Assembly: GCA_012295275.1 (NCBI GenBank)
Contig: CM022671.1
Coordinates: 18,848,001-18,912,000 of the forward strand
Direction: 5' to 3'
DNA from: Chrysomallon squamiferum
Lineage: Eukaryota > Animalia > Mollusca
Length of the DNA stretch: 64,000 bases
Position 1 is the first letter of the stretch. Each line of letters opens with the position of its first letter. Below the pieces are notes generated by a model that was given only the letters and a program-made list of their open reading frames with translations, had not been told where the DNA came from and ran no database searches. Below, in pieces: positions 31,001-41,869 of this stretch. The position numbers were made by a program, and so were the translations under genes.

Positions 31001-34000
31001 GAAGAATTGTGTTGAAGGTACATGTAACCAAAAATATTTGGTAATTGTGTTTCACCTTCTGAATAATTTTCATTTATAAATCTTTTGACATGTTTCCATA
31101 ATTCTCTTCCTTTTTACCCTTTCTGATTAAAGCATGGATGTTTTTTAAATATTTATTACTTCATAAAATTAGTACCTACTAAATATTTCTTCTTATTTTT
31201 AATTACTATTGTTATCATCTTCTTTGGAGTTCTTTTTTATTAGCAAAAAAATATTTTACTAATTGCAAGGTGTTCAGTTTCAAACATTTTAAACTTAATC
31301 AATCCTTTCTGCTTTTTCATCAAAATCTTTAATCACACCCTTTTATAAGATCAGTTTTATTAAATTCAAAACTAATATTTTCTTCTTTGTATGTACAGAT
31401 CTCTTCATTTAAACTGTTATTTGCATACTTGAATGTATTTTGTTCTTTCTTATATATTAAATTAATTTTAATGTTCGATTTTTTATTGAAAAAAACAAAA
31501 ATATTATTATTACTTTAAATTCATAATGGATCCACATTCTTAAAAGAAGTCAAACTATTGGCATGTCAATTGCATTCATTTGTAATTATGATGCAAAGGT
31601 TTGAGCACATGCATCTGTGCACATGCGCAAATGTATGTTGTGAAAAGAACCAAAACATGCAGATTTATTTCTGTTTTGTAAGGATCATGCACATATGAGT
31701 TTTTTTATGGTAAATAACTGAATTGTTCCAAAAAAAGTTATACTTGATAAATATAAAAAGTTTAAAGTAAAATGTCATAATTCTCATCTGAATGATATGT
31801 TGTATTTAATTATTATTATATTGATGAAAATGTTTTGTTTTTTGCAATGTTGGAGATATTATGGGATTGTTATTAATTTTTTATTATATATTTGTAAAGC
31901 ATGATTCTATATAAGTATATATAAATACATATACATTAGCATGTTTTTGCTTGCTAGCTCAAAGTTACTCTTCTTTATTTTATTATGAAGATAATCATTC
32001 AGATTACTAAACTTTTGTGCTTAATATTACATTATGCTTTTTAATATATGATATAGTTTGTAGTATAATGTAAATAGGTATTATTATATATTCTACATTG
32101 CATGGTTAACTAAACATTATGGCTTAGCAGCCATTGATAAGCTTTGAGACTGCAAGCAAACTGGACCTGGGTTTATGGCTGTTATTTTTACCTTCGCTTG
32201 CTTCTCTAACCTTTCTCTCTGTGCTGTTTCTGCTTTTCTCTCTGGATTCCTTCATCGCATCGCTACAATTTAAGAGTTTGGTCAAACAGAGTAGTTTGGA
32301 TGATCCTTTTGAGAACGGCCCTGATCGAGATGATGAGTTAATGAGAGAAATTGACCCCATTGAAAATGGAACAGATGAACAGGTACCACCCACACCCCCT
32401 CGACCCTCTACACCTGTTACCATTCAGAGATCTTTGCCATGGAAACCAAAAGTCAGGTATATTAATCTGTATTATAAACTATTTTTTCAATTATGGATAT
32501 GAATAAAATAATTTTATAACCTTTAATAGACATGTAAAAAATTTAATTTTAGTAACAACCATACCTATTTTCTTTTGTCATTAAATTCAAAGAAAGCAAT
32601 ATTTCACTGTCATGTAAGGAAAAATATATTTAATGGTAGACAAACAATTTACAAATATTTATTATAAGAATTATTCATTCAAAATAATAATTACCATGTT
32701 ATGAGACAAACAAATCATTCAAAAAAAATAATCTTTTTTCAAATGTGCTATAAAATAACAATCATACTTTAATAGCATGAAAAAAGGTACATTAATGTAT
32801 TATTCTGTATTATTTGATCATTTATTTTTAGAATTAAAGATCTTGAAATATTTTTGGAGCACACAAGAGCCAAGTTTGTAGGCTTTCAAGTTAAAAATGA
32901 CCATACATCTCTAGCTGGTCTTCCTCAACCCATACATGAAGGCGTCAAAGTTCTTAAACAGGTAAGTTCGTAGTAGTTGAGAACAGATTGGTAAAAGCTC
33001 TGAAGTAATATTTTTATGAAGCCTAATATTGTTCAGGAAACTTTCTTATAATACTTTAAATCAATTATGTTTTCTGTGACATCTTTTCCTGTTATTTATG
33101 TCATAGTGTTTTATTTACTTCTTTTATTTCCAGCATTTGTATATCTCCCTTTCTGAAATTCAAATTAAAAGAGAAGAGGAAATTGCCAAAAACCCTCTTT
33201 CAAAGGTAAGTGTTAATTGTTTTGTACTATATATTATAATTAATTCAGTAGTTTGTCACTTTGAATTTTTCTGTTAACACTGAATTCCAATCTTAATTAA
33301 ATTCTTTAGTTAATAAAAAAAATGTTTACATTTCAAATAAACATTTTTTTTTTTTTTTTTAAATCTAAACAGTAAATATATAAAAATTCTAATGAAACTG
33401 GTCTGTGATTAGACAAAAATAAGAAAGTAATAAAAATTAGAGTAACATTAGTAAATGGTTATATTTGTTTAAAAAAGCATGTAATTATTTATTTTTCATG
33501 TTTTCTAGCCTGAAAGTGATCTTACAAACTGCCCTGCAGAAATACTGTATCAAGCAATGTTGCCAAATCTGCCTCAGTACATGGTATGTTCAACTAAACA
33601 AAATATTTTGCTTTCAGTCACAGAAGTGTAATGGCTATTTTTAATTAGTATATTCTTATTCATTCATTAGCCATCTGATAAAATGTTATTGTTTCATAAT
33701 CCATTCAGTGTAACATTTTTATAAGTTGCCTAATAATACAACATAGGCAAATTGGGTTATTAAGTCATTATATTTGGGGTATAACATTTATCAGTGTTTT
33801 GTTATACATTAGTGATTATTTCATGTGTTAAGATATAGTCATTAAACTCTTTTAAAATGGATTGATTTTAGTATTTGTCTTAATATTTAAGTTTAGGACT
33901 TGCTATTTAAGATTTATTCAAATATCTTTTCAGATTGCTCTGCTTAAACTTCTGCTTGCTGCAGCCCCAACATCAAAGGCCAAAACTGAATCAATAAACA

Positions 34001-36545
34001 TCTTGTCAGATGTTCTACCAGAAGAAATGCCGTAAGCATAATTGTTTGTTTTAGTTGTGAAAAACAAATACTTTATTTTACAGATTGTTTTTCCAATTTG
34101 TTTTTGTATTGTCACTGCAGTATATTTTTTTAAATATTTGTGTTTTCAGGACAACTGTACTGCAGTCAATGAAGCTAGGCATTGATGTCAATCGTCATAA
34201 AGAGATAGTTGTCAAAGCCATTTCTGGTCTCTTATTAATTCTGCTAAAACATCTGAAACTTAACCATGTCTACCAGGTAAATCCACCTTCTGTTACATTC
34301 TGCTGTAAACTGATTGGTTAGTTGATATCACATAATTACATCAACCACAGAGAGGGTATCAACATTTTAATTCATTTTGTGAAAACTTACACAAGGGTGC
34401 ATTATAATGGTATGAAATTTATATTTATTCTGTACTTTCCCAATGTTACATTATGATGTTCCAGTTTTTTTAGGAGTTGTTTTAATATCAATTTAATTTA
34501 TTTACTAAATCTTTAGTCGTTTAAATGCAGCTATTATGGTTTTCAGTATCTGATATTTCATACTTAAGTTTCTCAAAACTAATGACAGTTTTATTAGTTT
34601 AACCCAAGAATGCATGAATGGCTTCTTTGAGTGTAAACCACTGATGTTTGTGAGGCTATGAAGGAGCTTTTTTAGATTATTTTTTTCGAATGAATTTTTA
34701 GTATATAGACTGCAAACAGGCCTGCCATGCATTTATTAACTTTTTTAAATCGTGTTTTCTAGGATTAACTATAAATTTAATGTGTGTATATTTTATTACA
34801 TTTGCTTTTAATTTTTACAGTTTGAGTTTATGAGTCAGCATTTAGTGTTTGCCAACTGCATCCCTTTGGTCCTCAAATTTTTCAATCAGAACATACTGTC
34901 ATATGTCAGTGCTAAAAACAGGTACAATTATTTAGTGCCATCTACACAGGAAACTGAAATTCTTATCTTCTAGGAGTTTTTTGTTAATTTATTTTTTTAC
35001 CTTAAATTAGCTTGACTAAACCTGTAAGAAGTAAATATATATTATAAGAATATTGAAAATCATCTGGATTTAAAAATGAAATATTATATGTTTTATTTAA
35101 TGTTAATTATTTTTAATTTTTTTTTTATTGATTTTCACAAACATTTACTTTATTGTTTAGTATACCAGCTCTAGATTTCCCTAACTGTGTTATAGGAGAA
35201 CAACCTGATCTCACAGCAGAAAATATAGTAAGTATTTTATTCACCCTTATAAAAAATTATAATCCATTGACAGTCAGTTTTCTTGTACCCTATTTAAAAT
35301 CAAAAACTAAATATAGTTATTTTAAAATTTGAAATGCTATTTTATCACTTTATGGATAAACATACAAGTTAAATAATAATAACTTTTATTGTTTTACAGG
35401 AAAATGGAGACAGCTTGCCTTATTGCTGGCGTAACTTGTTTTCCTGCATAAACTTACTACGTATACTGAATAAACTAACAAAGTGGAAACACTCTAGAAC
35501 CATGGTAAGTTATTTAGTCTTATGTTGGAGAAAACAAATGATCCAGTTACATTTGTTTATTTTTTTTTGTTTCTTTGTATTATTTTGTTAAATTTATCTT
35601 TTATTCATTCTTTTATTCAGCAAATATTTTTCTATTTTGTCTTGATTTAGTTTACAATTGCCAAGAACAAGACATGCTGAGTATTTATAAGAGTGTTAAA
35701 ATGGATATTATTACTCTTGATATCATTATCAGTGTTGTTTTTACTTCATAGATGTTGGTGGTTTTCAAATCTGCCCCTATTTTGAAAAGAGCTTTGAAAG
35801 TGAAGCATGCAATGATGCAGCTGTACATACTGAAGCTGCTAAAGATGCAGACTAAATATCTTGGTAGGCAGTGGCGAAAGAGTAACATGAAAACCATGTC
35901 AGCAATTTACCAGAAAGTACGGCATAGACTTGGAGATGATTGGGCTTATGGAAATGGTTAGAGGATTTTTTTATTATTATTATTTGTGTCTTTTGTTTTG
36001 TTTCTGTTAAGTAATATATTTCATTTAGATAATATTGTGTTACTGTACAGTAATTAAAAGGCAAAATTTTAAAATGACAGAAAAAAATATGAATCTTTTA
36101 GATGTGAAATTGTTAAGAATTCAAGAGAAAAACCTGCCAAATCTGTTTAAATGATAAGACAGCAGTTCTTACCTTAGTGTAAATCTGGAAACAAATGTTG
36201 TAAAACAACAGGAATAATTCATCTTTTCATTTCATATAATTTTATAGTTTCTTTTTCTTTTTCTTTTTTTAAATTCTTTTCTTTTACAAATCAGATATGG
36301 ATGCCAGACCATGGGACTTCCAGGCAGAAGAATGTGCTCTGAGAGCCTGTGTGGACCGTTTTAATAATCGTCGATATGGCAGTAACGGTACAGACCCTGA
36401 CTTCAAACCAGTTGATAACTGCACACTTAGTGTTCTTGGTGAGTCTGTGGAACTGAGTGATGAATTCAAACTGAATTATGAACGCTGGTTGGAGATGGAA
36501 GTTTTTTCTAGTCAGATAGACTGGGAACTTGTTTTATCACGGTGA
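25099..36545 (+). CDS. STRIP1: Striatin-interacting protein (STRIP/FAM40, Far11 family; N1221 + DUF3402 domains), STRIPAK subunit, ~793 aa
   Basis: Twenty exons: 25099-25176, 27203-27272, 27550-27624, 27892-28023, 28689-28809, 29246-29314, 29609-29715, 29885-30012, 30374-30562, 32275-32456, 32832-32961, 33134-33205, 33509-33583, 33934-34031, 34150-34276, 34821-34921, 35161-35227, 35400-35504, 35752-35956, 36295-36545 (2382 nt, in frame). Peptides: [84 protein letters not shown]. It is probably co-orthologous to vertebrate STRIP1 and STRIP2. Confidence 0.97.
25679..26733. mobile_element. Putative ~1.05-kb non-autonomous DNA transposon (hAT- or P-like) in STRIP intron 1
   Basis: Short inverted ends TAGGTATGTGGAT ... 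ATACACATACCTA are flanked on both sides by (A)TTTATAT, a 7-8 bp TSD-like repeat. The right part is CpG-richer and has a minus-strand start context AAACATGGCGGAT ([16 protein letters not shown]). Confidence 0.5.
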
Positions 36546-38967
36546 AGAAAATAGTGCTTTCAAAAACGAAAATGTTGCAGAGTGATCACAGTATATTTTT
36601 GTGATATGTGAAACAGGTTACAACTGGTTCAACTACATGTGTTCTACAGCTGTTATAACTCAAGATTCATAAGTCTTGTTTCACAAGAATAAGACACTGC
36701 ACTGACAGTTTTAGAGATGTAGAGTGCTTGTTAAATATAAATCTTAGATTTTCAGGGTCTTCTGTGTCAGATAGAGATACAGTATATATGTTACAGAACT
36801 GTGACTTCTTTAAAAATAAAAAAATAAAAAATGACAATCAGACACTAGTTTCACCTTTTCTTATGTATAACATACCATATTTTTCTCCAGTAATAAAACA
36901 ATGAGCTTTCCTTTTGGAGATTTCAGTAAATGTCAGATATTTCATCAGGTATATATTGTTTAATCCAGTTAAATTCATTTGTTTTGTTTTTGTTTTTGTT
37001 TTTTGGGGGGTTTTTTATTTTTTATTTTGTTTTTATATATATATTTATTAACAGAAAAACTAGATCTCCTTTGTTGTAAAATTTTATATTTGAATATGCA
37101 TGTAACTGTCATAGGAGCAATTTTTATTTATTACTATTATTGTTTGTTAAGAATCTTTATTTATTGACAGTCTCCTGAAAACTGAGGAGTTTTTGGACCT
37201 AGTAAAAAATTCAGATTGAAGGTTTTTAGTTTACTGAGTTCTACATTTCAGTACTTGATAAATCATGGGACCATGGAAATTATTCTGATTTCGGGGGAAT
37301 TCCCAAATTTGTGATTTAAATGACAGTCTGGTTAGTTTAAAGTGTTATAACATAATTTATTTCAAGAACAAATAGCCTGACAGATACAAATTAATTTACA
37401 TTAGTATTGTTTATTTTATAGAATTATATATTAAACTAAGAAATCATTTTGCAAACATGACTGCATTTATTTTGTAAAGTATGTGATCCTTCAAACTTTT
37501 TTTGTTGTGTTGTTTTAATTTCAGTTATAGACAAAATTGGAACATGCTTGAACTTTATAAATTACAAATGAAAAGGGATTTATAAGGAGGAAAATCTATA
37601 ACAAATAATTTAAACTCCTAATGAAGAAAAGTTGTTTTGTTTAATATTTTGCAAATGAAAAAGGACAAAATTTCCAGTGCTTTTTTTTTTTCAAATTTTA
37701 TTTATCTACAATAAAGTATTTCATAGGTATAATAAATATAATTATATTAAGGAAAAAATATAGTAAATCAGAATAAAAATAATCATGTATAAAGAAAGTT
37801 AAATTACAAAAATACATATAAAACAAGTAAATATTACTACGGTTTAATGTGTAAGATATAATTATAAAATTAAAGTCAAGTCTTTTCAGAAACTATACTA
37901 AAATAGTACAACTTTTAATTTACATATGTAAAACATCAATTTATAAAAAAAAAAATATTTTCAGAAATAAAACCTAATTTGTTGCAGAAAGTGTCTTTAA
38001 ATATTCATTTAATAAAATAATTTATAAAGTGTGCTTAGCTGCTGTCCTAAAACAATTCAAATTTTAAGTTTTCATAATCTACATTGTGTAAAAGGCTGCT
38101 GCCTAAAAACAGATTGTGAAAAAAAAAAACCATTATTAAAACTATATTTGTTGTATAGCTTATCACTATGCGTAGATTGCCATTTTTTTTACAGACATAA
38201 AATGTTATTTTTAAAAATATACGCAAAAATATGATTAATGTCAATACTGTATAAAAGGTAAAATGTGAATTTATCATTTGTTGAATGTAACTCAAATACA
38301 AATGGAATAACAATATCACAGACTTGTGCAGGCTTTGGCAAGATAATACGGTTTTGGCATATTTTCATTCTAGTACTTGGCCAAAACTAATTTGCAAATA
38401 TTAATTTACATTTACCAATTTCAGACTTTCTTTACCTTAATTATAAATACAATTTTTGATAAATCAAAAAAATCTATAAGCTACAATATTCACTGGTATA
38501 AACAAAAATAAATTATAATATTCCTTGTTCTCATTTTTTTCCCCTTTGAATTTGAAAATAGATTGTAAATTTTTTCATCTTTAACAACTTTATGTTATTC
38601 AGATGAAAAAAAGATAATTTACTAGAACAGATATAAACTAATCTTTGGCAGCTTAGACAAATAAATTTGATTTTGGCAACAGAATTAACATCAAAACAGG
38701 ATTGCATATGACAGGTAAACAAGAAAAATAATTATCTCTTTCACCTTCCTTTGAACGTCAATTATTGTTATTTGGTTGTTTTTTCTGTTGTTTTTTTGTA
38801 TCCACTAGTTCGTTTTAGGACTAAACTGTTCTAGCTGTTCAATAAATGAAGGTCTTCTAAGACTTAAGAATGTGTCTGCTAGTGCACATGTCTTAATATG
38901 TCATTCACTGTCAAATATTCAATGTTCTGAAAAGGAAATAGTCAAAAATTCCCAAGTTCCAGGGACA

Positions 38968-40166
38968 TTATTTTTTCTTCTTTCCTTTTTTGCCTTTTCC
39001 TTTTCCTTTTCCTTTTCCTTTTTTCTTTTTTGATCCATCAGACCAACCAAATCCTCTCTTGTCTAAGGCATCTGGTGCATCATGGGCTATATAGTACAGA
39101 TTCTCCATTGCAGGTTGGCTAAGAATGTCAACAGGTTTCTTTTCATATTTTAATAAACTTGCAGAGGTTTTACCAGATTTTTTCCCACTTTTTTTTCCAG
39201 ACTTCTTTCCTGACTTTTTTCCAGATTTCTTTCCAGATTTTTTCCCTACTTTCTTCTTTCCCACCTATAATAAATGGGGGAAAAAATATAGCATTTTAAA
39301 AAAGATAAAACAGGAAGGGTAAAAAAATATTAAAAAATAAAATACGTATATAATCAAATTCTAAAAGTTGTATTACACTTTAACCCAGTAATAATAATCA
39401 GTTATAGTGATTAAAAATATTTTTTTTAATATTCCACATCTAGTTTAATTAAAAAACTCATTTGACCAAAAATGGATTAATTTTAACTTTAATTCTGTGT
39501 TACTGGCAGAACTAATAATTATACAAAATATATTTTCCTACCATTATTCCTGTAAGTTCTGAAGATAAATGTTCAGGAACCATTCAGACTGCCTATTAGA
39601 GGTAATCTGAACTAAAGAGTACCAAAATAGTCTTCCAAAAGGGTGTCATATGTATGATAAATACTGAAATTAATGGATAATTTTCTTCATATATATATTG
39701 CACACACACACTAATGTACACACATACAAATTTCAAGATAATGATCATTTAAAAATCTAAATACATTTTGTAATTATTATTATTTTTCTGACAGATTCAA
39801 TAAATAATATTAATAATAAATAAAACTGCTTTATATATATAAAAAAAAAAGGTAATATAAAGTTCATTATAACAATGAACCCACCTCTATATAATATACT
39901 GTTGCCAACTATATTTTTACTGCTTCTTATTTATTTATTATTTAACTAATAACTGTTATTTTAAAAATAATAAATAAACTGTGGTCACAGTAACAATATT
40001 AATAATTAGAACAACAAACTGTTTTGGTCAACATTGTAAACTACAACTAAACTTCAACGTATCTGAAGGCTGAGTAAATTATAAAATAGTCACACTTTCC
40101 TTGTAAAACTTTAGCTAACTTCAACTAAGTGTCATAAATAATTAATATAATAATATCACTTGCCAT
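38968..40166 (-). CDS. SMKR1: Small lysine-rich protein 1 homolog, ~99 aa
   Basis: Exon 39264-38968 encodes [33 protein letters not shown], matching the SMKR1 core (human [31 protein letters not shown]). Its acceptor is tag|GTG, phase 0. The start codon is most likely ATG at 40166-40164, followed by a GC donor (ATG|gcaagt). Confidence 0.9.
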
Positions 40167-40258
40167 AATGATCTTTTATAGTGGGTTAAGTCAACCGAGT
40201 AAATAATTAATGAGGTTTCTCGGAGCTTATCATTCCAGCAGTAGCCATTTGAGTCCTT

Positions 40259-40272
40259 GTTGTCATAGAAAC
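40259..40272. promoter_or_regulatory. RFX X-box upstream of SMKR1
   Basis: GTTGTCATAGAAAC resembles the X-box consensus GTTNCCATGGNAAC and lies ~95 bp upstream of the SMKR1 ATG. Confidence 0.6.
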
Positions 40273-40399
40273 GATGATAATATTATTTTTATAAATAAGG
40301 CAAATAGATCTTTATTAATATATGCTGTAATTTATTGAGTTTAGTTTAACATTATATTGAAAATAATTACTATAATTTACAAATTTACAGTAATTAATT

Positions 40400-40456
40400 T
40401 TTACACGGAAATGACGCACCTGACATTTCCGGTTATGGCGCAGGGACCATTTCAAG
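40400..40456 (+). promoter_or_regulatory. Bidirectional promoter / first exon of the BTB-ZF gene
   Basis: ETS-like CGGAAAT and ATTTCCGG, CRE-like TGACGCA, and donor caag|gttgta after 40456. Further 5'UTR exon at 41121-41164 and acceptor at 41797/41798. Confidence 0.55.
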
Positions 40457-41213
40457 GTTGTATACATCAAAAATAATTGTTATGTTTTCATTTTCACTTA
40501 TTTTTAAAAAATAGGGATTTGTTTCAGGTTAATATTATAATCATTGCTGTTTATCAATATCTGTAATGCTGTTTTCAATATTGATATCTTTAATCATTTG
40601 AGATTAATATGTTATTTAATGATTCAAAAGAACGATATTCCACTTCGAAATCTTGTAGTTTCTATACCATCCATGTTGTCAATCATTTCGCTAAGTAGGC
40701 GTGGCACGTAGAAGAAAACAATGCATCATCTGCTGCATGTAACCTGTCTGAATTATCCATTAAAAATCTTGTTTGTTTTATGTTTTAAAAGTTGTATATA
40801 TTAGTTATAGCCTGATCATGATGTAAACATTACACGAATAATTAAAATATAGCCAAATAATTAATGTACGTAAATTATAAATCCCTTAACATTATCATGA
40901 TTATGATTATATCAGAATAAAATTTGCATGATATTTTAACTCGTAGTTTTCTACCTTTTTATATGTGTCAAAAACATGTTTTTTTTTGTACAGTGGTGAT
41001 TTTAGAATTCAGTTGATTTCACTCAGTAAACATTCTTTCACCAATTAAACTTACATAATGATGCATGCTGTTTTAAGGGAATATGTATGGTGAAAATAAA
41101 ATATTATTTTTATATTACAGAATGGAATCTTGATGGAATTAATCCCTTATGTAACCATAAAAACGTTAGTACTAGTTGTTTGTTTTTTTGTTTTTTTAAT
41201 TTTATGACATGGT

Positions 41214-41250
<37 letters not shown>

Positions 41251-41356
41251 CATTGTATCCAATTTCTTGAATATCTCCAAACCAGTATATTTATGTGACT
41301 ATGTGTATGTATCTGTATACGAATTTATGTATGTATGTATGTATGTGTTTGTATGT

Positions 41357-41389
<33 letters not shown>

Positions 41390-41869
41390 TCATTCAAACT
41401 ACTGGGGTTCTGTTGTTTCTACAAAATAACAAAGAAATTAGTCTGCATTTGCATATTTCAAAAATAGTTTTAAAAAATTATGTTTTGCATTCATATTTTG
41501 AAACAACAGAAAAGTTATATAAATGTTATAAGAAAGATTTTCTTTCAGTCATTTTGTAGTCTTTGTAATAGCTAAATTAGTTAAATCATTAACTTTTGAA
41601 TTCATTTAGTACGTCTGTCCATTTGTTTATATAAAACAGTATCAGTTTATTATTGTTGAATGTACAAAGCAGCTTGACATTGGCTTAACTATTTGTTTAA
41701 TTAATTAATTTTGTTTCTTCTTCTTTTTACTCTTTTTTTTTTGGAATAAATACTTGTTTATCTGATAAATGTTAAATGATGTTTTTGTTTCTTACAGACA
41801 CTGAATTTCTAAGAATTTACACAAGTGTTTATCTAAACAGATGATGAGTATTTATCATTAAAAAAGAAA

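Noticed and set aside
39125-39322. FFPD-repeat ORF on the + strand
   Set aside because: Antisense shadow of the SMKR1 GKKS repeats.
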